A stretch of 64,000 nucleotides of DNA from Epiperipatus broadwayi (lineage: Eukaryota; Animalia; Onychophora): contig JAQFVV010000005.1 of the NCBI GenBank assembly GCA_028023455.1, forward strand, positions 4,898,001-4,962,000, given 5' to 3'. Below are positions 1 through 13,101 of this stretch, piece after piece. Both the position numbers and the translations under genes were made by a program. The notes under the pieces are model-generated. The model did not search any database and was not told the origin of the DNA. It saw only the letters and a program-made list of their open reading frames with translations. Each line of letters begins with the position of its first letter. Positions within the stretch are counted from its first letter, which is position 1.

Positions 1-520
1 TGTCTACATTATAAGACTTATCTCAAGGACATGTAAATTGTTTTGATTGGGAAAATATAACAGAAAATAGATTTCATTAAAGAGTTGCTGTTAAACAAGG
101 ATTTGAAGTATTTCAAAAAGGTTTTCTGCTGAAGAAATTAGGAGAATATTGTCAAAAATAAACTTGCATATTCCATATGTGGTTTACTGACTGTTTTGAT
201 GGTTATCACAAAACTTATTTCTAGAGCATTTGGAGAGGAGGGGGTAGAATGACCATAATCATTCATGAGTGCCATTATTATTTTTGGCTTCTGGCCTAAA
301 ATTGCATTGAAAATCTTTTTATACTTAAAATTGTTTTTAATGAAAATGGACTATAAATGTCTGATATATAAAATGATTTGAATTTTTTTTTTGCTAACTT
401 TCCTTAGCACAATATGCACTATAAATAAATTGAACTTTATTAGAGCATTATATATTTACTTATATTTTATATAACCATGTCATATATTTCAAGTTAACAA
501 ATACTGTAATTACATAATTG

Positions 521-1518
521 CAAAAGTGAATCAAAAATTATCCACCCTTCAATTATATTAAAACTTCTGTTGTCCGCATCATCTTATCAACACATTCTGC
601 CTCCCCAGTCACTGCTGCATAGTTTTAATGTTAGATCAAATGTGAAAGGTGCAAGAAACAATGATTGCCCCACTTGTGATTTGCATGAAAGAGCAATATG
701 CAGTTGTGATCAGTGCGTCTGATGCACAGTATGAATAAAATATTTTATCACAAAGTATGTATGAATGGATAGATGTTTAAAGATGGTCACACATCCATGT
801 CTAATGAAAATATTGAGTGTGCATGTGAATTGATTTTATTGGATGGCCAAATTAAATCAGCCATGGCTCTATCCGTGACAGACTTAGGTTTATGTGAGAT
901 GAGAATCAAAACAATTCACAGAACACAAGCATTTGGATTGATACTTTAAGAAAGATGAACTATGAAGAAGTGGATTCATTACTATGAGCTTGAGAAAAAT
1001 CAGCAGAGTATGAAATGGAAACATCCTCAATCATTGACCAAGAAAAAGTTCAAAATTCAACCATCATCTGGAAAATTGGTGCTTATTGCGACAAGGGCAA
1101 GTATTGGAACATTATCAGGCAAAAGTTCAACAATTCTCATTAGAGAGATCACTGAAACCTAAAATTTGGACAAAACAATTGTTAACCAAGACCATTGTGC
1201 TATTGCATGGCAATGCAAATCCACACACTACTGCTCATACATTCCAAAAACTTCATTTTGAGATGTTAGAGCACCCTCTTTATAGTCTTGATCTGTTTGA
1301 TCCCCTGAAAGTTCTACAGGATGAAGATTCACATCTGAAGAAAAAGTGAAGATGATGCATTTGTGACTTACAGATCAGCCTATAACATTTTTTAATGAGG
1401 GAATATGAAAATTTGTCAAATGAGATGGACAAAGTATATTAAAAAGCAGAGAGATTATATTAAAAATGATGTATTTATCTTTTCTGAAAGTTGATAAACG
1501 AATTTTTGACTCATTTTC
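521..1518 (+). mobile_element. Decayed mariner (Tc1/mariner) transposon
   Basis: Broken frames give KWIHYYE..KNQQSMKWKHP..KKFKIQPSSGK, VLLHGNANPHT and EMLEHPLYSLDL; degenerate TIRs aaagtgaatcaaaaatt (522-538) and aatttttgactcatttt (1501-1517). Confidence 0.85.
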
Positions 1519-2164
1519 ATTCAAACAAACCAATATTTGCTTGGAAATTTGTTAAAGCTAAATAAAAAGGTATAGAATCCTTTACATAAATTGCTGCAAA
1601 TGCTGTAGCAAAATGATGTTCCACTAAACATGAAGATTTTGATTAATGTATTTTGTACAAAATTTTATTTAAATGACTTTTTCTGTAATTGAAACACACT
1701 TATGTTCAAAATACTTCAGTAAACTTTTTTTGTCTAATTCAGAATGTTTTGTTTGAAAACGATATAAAAGTTTTGATTTGCTTCATAACATTAGATTTAA
1801 CTCAGTTGAAATTAAAATATTTTTTTGCAGACAGGATGGGATTGTTACTATGAAAATTTTAGAATTAAAACAGATTCTAATAAAAACTGTTAAATAAGCA
1901 GGTTAAATGAGAAATAAAATAAATCATTTGCCCTTGATTTTTGTTTACTTTGAATAGAGAAGTTAGTGTACATTTAAAAAAATGACAAAGTAATTGTGTC
2001 ATTATTATATCTTTTTGTGACAGAAATCATAAACTACTTATGAAATTGTTTATCAATAAACAGACTATTTATATAATGAACAAAAATTAGCAGTACTTAG
2101 GGAATTTTTTTTTTGCTAGTTGTAATACAATATATATATAAAAAAAAAACTTCATTAAATAATG

Positions 2165-2467
2165 CTTATGTAAACAGCTGACTAAAAAGTAGGAAAATAG
2201 CAAAGTAATCCAATTCTCAGCTAAATAGAGATCTTAAGAATCTAGACTTGTTATAAAACAATTGGAAATTGCAGGAATATTGCCATTTCATAAAAGAATT
2301 TGAGGCTCAAATAAATTTAAAAAGCCTCAAATGCTTTTATGAAATGATATTCCTGCAATTTCCAATTGTTTTATAACAACTGTAGATTCTTAAGATCTAT
2401 TTTCTAAGAACAGCAAATTAACCAAGAGGCAATTATTTTGCACTTTTTAGTCGGCTATTTAAATAAG
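2165..2467. repeat. Fold-back inverted repeat (~300 bp)
   Basis: Near-perfect arms at 2229-2307 and 2323-2398 around loop caaataaatttaaaa, with weaker pairing out to 2165/2467; no ribozyme core recognised. Confidence 0.85.
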
Positions 2468-3785
2468 TTTATTTTACGTATTATTTTTTTACTTTTTAAT
2501 TATACTTTCAAATTTTTAAAAATGGTTAAAAGTACAAAAAAAATCTGACAAAAATTATAATGTAATAATAAGACATGAAAATAAAAAATTTCTAACAAAT
2601 TCTAAATTTAAATGTAAGATGATCTACTGTATAAAAATATTTGTGTATTGACTTTTAAATTAATTTTCTAACCTTTTTTATACATTTATTTTTTTCACAA
2701 AATATTTATGAAATATTAATTATTTCAGAAGAATAAATTGAGCACAAGATAAATGAAAATATTAACAAAATTTTATTCTATAAATGTAATATTTCTGTTG
2801 ACTCAGTTGCTATGGATTTTTCATAGGAAACATAAGTATTGCAATTTTGAGTTCTAATGAGGAAATTTTTTTTCCATTGTTAAAAATTCAAAAATGAGAA
2901 CATCCTGACAGAAACACAGCCAGGAAAAGTTAATATAAAAGCAAACACATTAAGCTATTTTCCTTGAATTCACACTTCTGATAATCCAAGGGTATGTAGG
3001 CAATCCAGATTTTGCATGTGAATATCAGTCCATAGTGGTTCTAGACAAGGAAAATAAGTGCTAGAAAATAAAAAAAATTAATTCTTTTTTTTTCAATCTA
3101 ACAATATTGCCATCTTCAAAATACCTAATGATGTTATTTACATTTGATTTTATCTACAGAATAGTATAATTATCAAATTAAGACATGGGTGTCAGAATAA
3201 AATCAAAAACAAATTTTATTATGTATGTATGGTTAATATTAAATATTTTTTGCTTTACTTTCATTAAATTGTAATATTATTTGCATTCTGTGCAAATGTT
3301 TTTTTCCCTTTTGTTAAAATCTTTTCAATGTGTAATATCTATATAATATAGATAGTGGACCTTTATCTGTAAAATTAGAATAATTGTGATATAAAGCAAA
3401 AGGAAAGTTTATGGTAAGCATAGGTGCAGCCATCTGACTTTCTGTAATGGCATGCTTAATTAATGATTATATTAGCATAATATTAACAGCATTCTTCATC
3501 TCAACACATCTCATTTATCCATCAGTGCAGAAACTCAGATTACTCTATCTCACTAAGCATTTCCCCAAAAATCTTCACTCATCATGAGAGCTATAAGTAT
3601 TAAACATCAGAATCTTCATGCCCATATTGACAGCTCTATGTAAATTTTCTTTAAAAGTAACTTTATTTTGATATATTTTATACTATATACAATATTTTTG
3701 AAATTTTTGTTTTAATTGTATAACTTGTTTTAAAATGAGTGATATCGTACAAAGTTGCTGAACAAAAAAGGTTACCCATTCCTGA

Positions 3786-6700
3786 TAATTAATAAAACTT
3801 ATTGACTAAGAAAAACATTGTTAAATACATTAAACAATATTTATTTATAAATATATACACATAGTTAACCAGTTTAACTCAGTACCAGTTCAAGCATTGC
3901 TTAATTTACAAACATAATCAGTGGAGTCCTTGATTTTAAGTTCTAAACCCTCAATGCTAATATAACCATAGACTACTGCACTACCACTCTACTAGTGGTG
4001 GACCTAAGTGAACAACTAAAGTTTATACTCAGTTCCTTTATGCACAATCCTCATTTGGGCCTTATCAGGCATACACAAATAATATAAGACTAGAGTGGTC
4101 TGTTGTTTTCCTATCCGGTTCTCTTTCACCTTCACAGGCACGGACTCTAGGAACACCTCCTTCAATGCAGAAAAGTTTGTACATTTTTCCCCCAGCTTTT
4201 TCTAGGTTAATTCATGAAACATCAACCACAACAGCATTATGACGATTAAAGAAGCTGCTCAAAAAGATGCTCTTTTCAGTACACACTATTTACTTTTTTC
4301 CCTCCAGCTTAATATTCATTAATATAATTATTAACATTCAGATGGGTAACAGCAAAATTCATTAGACAAAACAATAGGATAGAAGTAATCCATTAGATTA
4401 ATTATTTCAATAGGGTAACACCAATCCATTAGACTAGTGCATCTTTACAACAATTATTATCTGGCATTTAATTTGCATACCTTTACATTCCTTTCTCTTG
4501 TAATTAGTGCTTTAGGTATTTATTCTTTTGTTTGATTCGTTAAAATTAGCTTAATGTTTAAATTTAAACAGTAACAATTTTTTCTGTATTTAAAAAATCC
4601 ATTAAGCGTATCCGGCATTATAATTCACCACTCAGTTGATATCTCAGCAATCTAGTGCATTTCTTTTAATCTACAATGTCTATCTGATTTTAAGTTTATT
4701 TTATCAACAATGCAATCTTTCTTCATTGCTTTTAAACTAATGTATCTAAAATAGTTTCCATTATTTTTCAGCAATCTTTTTTCCATTGCTTTTAGAACTT
4801 ATATATCTTTTTACATCTAAGTTTCCTTTTAACTATTTGCAATCATTTTTATTGCTTATAAAACTTACTATCTCTATTATTAAATTTCCATTACTATTTT
4901 TCTCTGGAGTACAAACTAGTTTTATAGCTTATATCCATAGTTACTAACACAGTATATATATTTTTTACAAAATATAACAACTCCCCCCACTCCAAAGAAA
5001 ATCCTCATTTATTTTACTAAATGTAGTCTCAAAATTTATTTGGTTTATGCTTTTCCTGAATATGACTGGAGATTTTTTTTCTATTACTGCTTCTTCCTGT
5101 TCTGAAGACATTTACAGGCTTTTGTTTTCATCTGATTCTTCTCTTATGGCACTATCATTTTTATTTTTGTTACTCTCTGCCTTTGGGTTGTCCATTTTCT
5201 AAATTCATCATTCCAAAATTGAATGTCTCTGTTGTTTTGCATCTTCTAATGTGTTTTTTCTGGTGTCTTTTTACGCCATCATTTTCATGCCTAATAACTA
5301 CTACTTGGTTTGACAGAATCTTTTAGACTGTCCCTTTGAACCACGTTTTTCTTATCACAAAACCATACTGCAGCTCCGGTTCTGAAACTAGCATTATCAT
5401 TTTTGCCTTTGGTCGCTCTGTTTCTCTTTGTATCTGTGGCGATTGCTTGACCTTGCCGGTCATAGATTTTGCTCTTCCTATTGGTACGCTTGACATTTTA
5501 TTCACAGCATTCACATTGACAATTATGTCTAACTTATGAAACCAGTTCCGCCCTATTAACGGACTAATTTTACCCTTCGCTGTTTAACGGTAATTTTTCA
5601 CTCTAGTTTCTGTGCTTTGTAGGCACTATGGCATTGACTAGCATTCTCAATTCATTTCCCTGACATCTATGGCTCTTATAGTTGTCTAATTGGTATGTCT
5701 GTGCGTTTTCCCTTAATCTGTTTCCATAGCTTTTATGAGATCAGTGAAATGCCAGACCCGATATTCATTTCCATTTCAATCTTTTTATTACAAATTTATA
5801 ACTGTAGCATATATTTATTTTCCACCCTTACTCCTGTATTATTAATGCTAATGATATCATCCATTACAATCGTGTTAGATTTTATATTATGCTGCCACTG
5901 TTTGGCTGGCTTTTGCCTTACACACTTTTTTAAATGCTCTTTTAGGTTACACTTATGGCACCTTTCATCTAGAAATTTACACTGGTTTTTATGTGTCCCT
6001 TTTGTCCACAGCAAAAACGCATAATACTTTCGCTTGTGATGTTAATTGTGCTATTGTATTTATCCCCTTTTTTCCGATCAGTTTTCCACACTGCTATTTC
6101 CTCGTTTTTACTTTTATTTTTAAAATGGGCTGCTTGTATTAATATTAGCTCGTGAGCTACACCCTTCTTGATAGCTGATTCAAAGTTTAAATCTGTATCA
6201 GACAGCAATTTTCCTCAGGCTATCATCAAGCAGACCCATAATAGCTAACAATACCTCATCAACATAATTTCTGTATAAGCAATCTTTTGCTAATTGTCTC
6301 AATGCCAAACCGTACTCTTTTACAGATTCTCCCTTGCCTTGTCTTCTATTCCTTAGAGACAACCTGACATGTTTAGACTGACATAGGCTAAAATATTCAC
6401 TTAATTTTTTCACTATATCCTCATATGCTACCGAAGTCAAAATACTTATTTATTATATCAATTACTCTTCTTCCCAATAGGCACATCAATGCTGCTATCT
6501 TTCTCTTCTTGTCCTCAATCCCATTAAACAAGAAATATTTTCAAGCTGAGTATGTAAAGAGGCCATTTCCCAGCATTACTAACATCAAATTCGCCTATTG
6601 CAGACTATCCTAATATTTTTTTTTCAATTTATTTAATTATTTACCTAAATAAACCTATTTCGACTAATCTCTATTATATGAAATTCCTACATTAGACCCA

Positions 6701-7811
6701 GGTTTGAATACGAATGTGACTGCACCAGGTTTGTTGTGTATTCAACTATGATGCTGAATGCCAACAAAACTTATTGACTAAGAAAAACATTGTTAAATAA
6801 AGATTAAACAATATTTATTTACAAATATATACACATAGTTAACCAATTTAACTCAGTACTGGTTCAAGCATTGCTTAATTACAAACATAATCAGTTGAGT
6901 CCTTGATTTTAAGTTCTAAACCCTCAATGCTAATATAACTATAGACTACTGCAGTACCACTCTACTAGTGGTGGACCTAAGTGAATAACTAAAGTTTATA
7001 CCCACAGTTTCTTTATACACAATCCTCATTTGGGACTTATCAGGCGTATGCAAATAATATGACAGGTGCGGTCTGTTAAGTTTTCCTATCTGGCTGTCTT
7101 TCACCTTCAGAGGCACAGATTCTGGGAACATATCCCTCACTGCAGAAAAGTTTGTACACTTTTCCCTCAGCTTTTTCTAGGTTAATTCACGAAACAGAAA
7201 CCACAACAGTATTACAACGATTAAAGAAGAATCTGCTCAAAAAGATACTTGCTCTTTTCAGCACACACTATTTATACTTTTTTTCCTCCAGCTTAATATC
7301 CATTAATATAATTATTAACATTCCAAAGTTTAATGGCAAAATCCATTAGACTAATTATTTCAATAGGGTAGCAGCAATCCTTCAGACTAATATCTTTACA
7401 ATTATTATCTGGCGTTTAATTTGCATATGTTCACATTCCTTTCTCTTGTAATTAGTGCTCTAGGTATTTATTCCTTTGTTTGATTCGTTAAAATTAGCTT
7501 AGTTTTTTCTGTTTTTAAAGAATCCATTAAGCATATTCGGCATTATAATTCACCACTTAGTTGACTTTCAGCAATCTGATTTTAAGTTTATCAACAATGC
7601 AATCTTTCTTCGTTGCTTTTAGAACTTAAATATCTTTTACATCTAAGTTTCCTTTTAAGTATTTGCAATCTTTTTTATTGCTTATAAAACTTATTATCTC
7701 TATCTATTATTAAATTTCCATTACTATTTTTCTCTGGAGTACAAACTAGCTTTATAACTTATATCCATATGTCTACTAACATAATATATATATATTTTAC
7801 AAAATATAAGA
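3786..7811 (-). mobile_element. Internally deleted Gypsy-type LTR retrotransposon
   Basis: Direct repeats ~3790-4979 and ~6765-7811; PPT ggagtggggggagt (4980-4993) before LTR start TGTTATATT; decayed gag (RNRRQGKGESVKEYGLALRQLAKDC), Zn knuckle (CHKCNLKEH), protease relic (EMNIGSGISLIS, PLIGRNW) joined directly to an integrase tail; candidate TSD ctga(t) at 3782 and 7812. Confidence 0.85.
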
Positions 7812-8789
7812 CTGATATAAAGTAAATAAACCAGTTTAACAGTGAAGTCCTATTTTCATTTATAATCGATTCACCAACTTTGTCTCACAGGATCTTCTCC
7901 ACACTAAAACAAAGTGAATTAATTATGCTAAGTTAAAATCATCATAAATGACTGAAGAACAGGTACATGAAAAATGTATTTATATAAAATATAATATACA
8001 GCAGTTACTTGTATTTGCTATTTGTTTCCAAATCTTCCTGCAAATATCTTGAAACCATGGATAACAGCCAATCCTATAAACAAAAACTGGAATAGTGCAG
8101 TTACGATAAAAGAATACAGTTAGGAATCTATATAATCTGTATGATTCAGCAATTCAAAAATGGCTGACAAATGATTCACAGCCCCTAGCTCACACAAGTG
8201 TGCATTATTGTGAAATTTATAAAATTCAAATCTCATTTTTTATTTAATAATTTTTCAAACTGCACACAGCATGTCCCTGGACAAGAAAACAATTGTAGAT
8301 GTATATATAGTTGACTTTTGAAAAGGTTCATCATTCGATGTGTGTATTCTAAACTCTCATTGGATTAATGATTTTAAATGTTTACGCAAGATGGATTCAT
8401 GAAGATAAAGGAAGTGAAAAGAATGGTGAAACATAATTTTATTAAATTTATTGTGAAATTGATGATTTGAGAGATAGGTTTGTAATATGAAACTTAACAA
8501 ATAAACAAGGTTAATTTTTTTTTTAAAGAAGGAATAAGTTTGAAAGCTAATATAAAAAATGTCAAATATAAGACCAGTAATGGAAAACATCTCAAATTTA
8601 TGATTTGTGAAAACTATTGTCATACATTTAGAGAATTGAGCTGGTGGTCTGAAAGTGGCTTGTTCTTAGAGGATGTATGAAAATTAATTATTGTATATTG
8701 AAGAACATGTTCATGAAAGTTTTGCTTTAACTGTTTAACATTTTTAAATAAGAAGTTTCATAATTCTTTTTTTAAGTGTGCAGCCAGCT

Positions 8790-9290
8790 AAGTGTTTTGA
8801 TGGAATGTTTAGTAATCGATAACCAATTTGCTCCCAAGCTATCTGCAATGCAATGCATGTTACATAATGACAGTTTATCTATTCACCACAAAAACTTTAA
8901 GGGAGTAGCATGTTTGGTTTTTAAGTTATGACAAGAAATGTAACAATGTATTTCATATTTTCATCGATAATAGAACAATGCACTAATGTTAAATTTTTTT
9001 AAATTGGACAAAACTGCACCTGAAACATTTGAAACAATTTAGTTATGGATAGCAATGAAGCTATAAGTCGTAAGAAGGTTTTCAAGTAGTTTGCAAAGAG
9101 CACTGAAGATGATCAATAAAGGTATGAAACATAACATATTTCATGTAGAAACACGATGATTCAAACATGCTATTATTTTAAAAAATTTTTGTAACTGTCA
9201 CCACAAAAACAACACATTGATTCATAGATGGCACTGCAGACAGGTTGGAGAGAAAACCAGACATCTTTTCACTGAAACATTTGTATGTTA
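8790..9290 (+). mobile_element. Mariner N-terminal fragment
   Basis: About 8971-9100 reads EQCTNVKFF.KLDKTAPETF...AISRKKVFK, resembling the mariner HTH region; boundaries approximate. Confidence 0.6.
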
Positions 9291-9583
9291 AATGATTTTT
9301 TAAAAACTAAATTAACAGATCCATTCTGTTAAAATGATTAAGCAATAAAAACAAATTTGTGTTAATATTGGTGGTGTTCTAATTTGATAAATATTATATA
9401 ATTTACTAAAAACAAATTTATTCACTTACATTTAATAAACTTTATGAAAGCAAATCACAAAATTATTGACATATTTATTCAAAAAAGATAGTGAAATGTT
9501 TGCTTTAAAAAATAGTTCATAAATCCAATCTCTTCTGTTAGACTACATAAAACAACAAGTCTGATATGAGATTTGAATATTGT

Positions 9584-9589
9584 TTTATT
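9584..9589 (-). promoter_or_regulatory. Candidate polyadenylation signal (AATAAA) of the ATAD3-like gene
   Basis: First AATAAA on the minus strand, about 60 nt after the stop codon; the hexamer is common in AT-rich DNA. Confidence 0.35.
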
Positions 9590-9647
9590 ACAACTCGACT
9601 TAAGACAAGTAGCATTCATTTACAAAAATTACATGAGTAATCAGATA

Positions 9648-9809
9648 CTATAATACTAGAGGAATAGTTGAAGGCCAGTTTCTTTGATAATTCTCAACAA
9701 GTTCACGATCCCAAGAATTCTGAATTTTACTTTTATTAATGAATTCATTTACTCTAAGGTCCATCATAGTTTCAGTTAGAGTGCCATCTGATGAAAGGAA
9801 AGCTTGATC
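9648..9809 (-). CDS. ATAD3: ATAD3-like terminal coding exon
   Basis: Poly-T tract then ttggcag|GAT; DQAFLSSDGTLTETMMDLRVNEFINKSKIQNSWDRELVENYQRNWPSTIPLVL-stop versus [24 protein letters not shown]; phase 0 matches the previous exon. Confidence 0.92.
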   Translation of the reverse strand, partial: DQAFLSSDGTLTETMMDLRVNEFINKSKIQNSWDRELVENYQRNWPSTIPLVL

Positions 9810-9978
9810 CTGCCAAGTAAAAAAAAAAAAAATTGCAATAAAATAATACAATGGTTTAACATAATGTTAACAAATTACAAATGTAAACATAGGAAAGTCT
9901 AAGCACACATAGATTAGGAAATAAAAGGTGAGAATATCATGATAAAGTAGATATGGTTATACGCACAAGTTGGATTAA

Positions 9979-11470
9979 ACTGGTTGGGCGCTCTGAGCGG
10001 GTTAGCCGCACGTCAGCTGACATGTTGTTTTCTTTCTTTACTGACGTAAAAAGTATAAGCATGATGTCAAACAAAATATGGGCATTTGATAGCTCTCTGT
10101 CATGTGATTCCAAAGATGTCTACCTCAAAAAAATCCATTAAAATTTGGATTTTTGGCAGCAGTTTTAATCAAGGAAGGTATTTAATTTTTTTTTTTTGAT
10201 AAATTTTGTAATTATCACAAACCAATAAAAGACAGAAAAGATTTAACGGGCTGCAAGTCAACATTTCTCGGGTGTTATTCACAAATACAGCTTCAACGTA
10301 AAGACTTGTAAATATAAAATTTCAATTTTTTTAATATTTCAATTTTTTTTTTAATTTTTTGAAAAAATTATCTTTTTTATGAATTTTAGTTTGTAGCTAG
10401 TGTGTGTTAATATAAATTATATATTTATTTATGCTCATATAGAATTCATATCTACCGTAATTTTCTAAACTTCTAATCCACTTATTTTATAAAAATAATG
10501 ATTTTCAAAAAGTTTAATAATTTATTTATTATTATGTTTATATAATATGTTTGTGTTTACAAGTAATGAGTTACAAAACTAATAATCAAATGTATAGAAA
10601 GATTGCATACGCAGGCAAATAATCAAATTCTGATTCTTGTTTATGTCTTGATGGAGTCACTCTGGTTTTGCTATATTTTCATCACATTATTTTCAAGTCT
10701 ATAGCTAACAAATGGACTACATGCAAATAAATTATATCTATGTGATACAATAAATATAACAAGATAGCATCGCTTGTGTGCATAAAGAATATAAATATCA
10801 CTGGTCTCCATAAAGAATATAAACATCACTAATGTCCATAAAGAACATAAACTTCACTGATGTACACAAAAAAATATAAAATGAAGAGATGAAACTCATT
10901 TTATCAGTGATATAGAAAGTAGCCTACAATTTCTAGTTTTAGACAGACAAGAAGCTAATTGCTATGATGACCTCTTTTGTATCTTTTATTAGGATGAATC
11001 TTTTTCTTTATAGATGCCTTTGACATTTAGAACATTTGGGGTACAAGATAAAAATGAAGAAGTCATATCCGATTTCTTTTGGAGATTGTGAAGCTGTGGA
11101 TTATCTCAGGTAAGACATGTTATACATGTTTAGAAAGATAATTTTGTGAGGAATACAAATAAATTATCACTGAAGATGTAATTTGAATTTGAATTAATGT
11201 TAATTTCCAAATTATGAACACCCAATAAAATAATAATTATTTTGGATGTGAAAAATTTTTTTTCCTTATTTTTTTATATAGTATTTTTTTTTCCTTATTT
11301 TTATATAGTTATCACTATTTATCTTATGCTTATTGTTTGCCTTAGTTTTTCTAGTTTCTATTAATGTAATTTTTTTGCTCTAACATAATTAAAACTGAAG
11401 TTATTGTGAAAATTGTGTCTCAGGTCAGTATTTTAAAAAATTCAAAATGGTGGTTTGGACCGAAACAGTT
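9979..11470 (+). mobile_element. Non-autonomous DNA transposon, copy 1 (TTAA/TA-flanked family)
   Basis: Collinear inverted homology over its full length to 30841-32524; TTAA at 9975-9978 and 11471-11474. Confidence 0.75.
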
Positions 11471-13101
11471 TTAATAAATAAATTTGGTTCACTTTGAAGA
11501 ATACTCATTTAGAAAAATTTAAATATTGTGAGTGCAAATCCACTTGTTGCAACATTTGGAGTTGTTTGTCAACTCAAAATAGTCTTGTCTGAGAACTTGA
11601 GTAATGCAAGATGCAACAATTTATGACAAAACTATAATGGTTCCTGTTGCTAGAATAAACAGAGACTAAAGATAATTTTTGATTTCATGAAAAAACATTT
11701 GAAGCTATTCCAGTAATGCATCCACAAAAAAATTTAAGAAACACTGCTCATTTTCTTTTTGTTGATAACAAAAACAATATTGAAAATCTTATCACATATA
11801 TTGTCCTGAGACTACGGGCGTTAAAAAGTGATCATTGTGAGTTATAATAAATTTGTTTTTTGTGCTAATAAAGAGATTCAAGAATAAGGCCATTTATGTA
11901 AATGATGAGTTTTTTAACCAGTAATGTTTATCAATTGCATTTTTTGAGAAAAAAATTTCCAACCATCATGTGGACGGATCTATGTAATTAGCAATGACTT
12001 CACCAAATTAATGACCCTCACATCATAAGAATGTGGGATAATATCAACAGTCTAATCATCTTGCTTCTCAGAGAAAATTGAGTCCTTCTAAAGTTGCAGA
12101 GAGATCAATTGATGACTCTGAGAACACATAAATAATTTAATTTTAGTATTCAAATAATTTGTAAATGAAAAATGCATTGGTATGTCAAAGAATTTGCATG
12201 CTAATCCAGTGAAAATTCATATCTAAGGTTTTTTCTATTGCTATTTCCCATGCAAATGATTTGTCAAAGAATATAAGGATCTTGTTAGTGATCATAACCT
12301 CAATTATATATATAGAAGACTAATTACCTTAGTGATAAACAACATTATTTCTGCTCAAGAAAAGGAATAAATATTCAGAATGACAGCAGTCTTATCTTCA
12401 AGAAGTAAAGGGGACAAAAATGATGCCTCTAACATCATGCACAGCCTCGGAAAATCTGTGATGGAAGCTACTAACCATTTCATAAGTGAATTGTTTATAG
12501 ATGAATAGTCATACGATGAAATCTATTTGTACAACAACCAAATTCATGAATTTGTTGCCTATAATAATTGAAATGAATTCTTATAAAATGAGCATACATG
12601 TTATTAAGCAATGAATAAAGATCCAAAGTAAGTTTTGTGTTAAGAAATGTGTATAGTTTCAGTAGCAATCTTTAAAAAAATCATTATAAAGAAATAATCT
12701 AGATTCCAATCAGGAAATAAATAATTCTGTCAAACACAGATCAGATAATTACAGTTCGTGATTACTATTTAGCCAAAACTACAAATAAAATTTAAATGTA
12801 GTGATAATGAGTGCTCTTCAATCCGTTGAAGAGACTCTACAAACATTATAAAGATCAAATCCAGCGCAAGCTATTATTGGATATAGAAAAAAAAAAGTGC
12901 TTAAGGCATCACAAGAAGTCCACTTCTTACTCCATAATTTTTTGATTGTGTGAAGGGAATTCTTGATATTGAATCCAGAAAGGGAATTTGATTTTGAAGC
13001 ATGAATTAGATGGTAAAACGATGCCTTGAATTATCGGTAAGTCTGATTTATTTAAAAACTTTCTATTTATTTAATATTTTCTGTGAGACACCATTTCCTA
13101 T

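Noticed and set aside
1-250. Coding-looking stretch (CFDWENITENRF...)
   Set aside because: Stops in all frames, no splice context and no family recognised.
11480-13050. Decayed coding-like sequence with Cys/His patches (faint piggyBac-like RFFLLLFP)
   Set aside because: Too many stops and no diagnostic motif to assign it.
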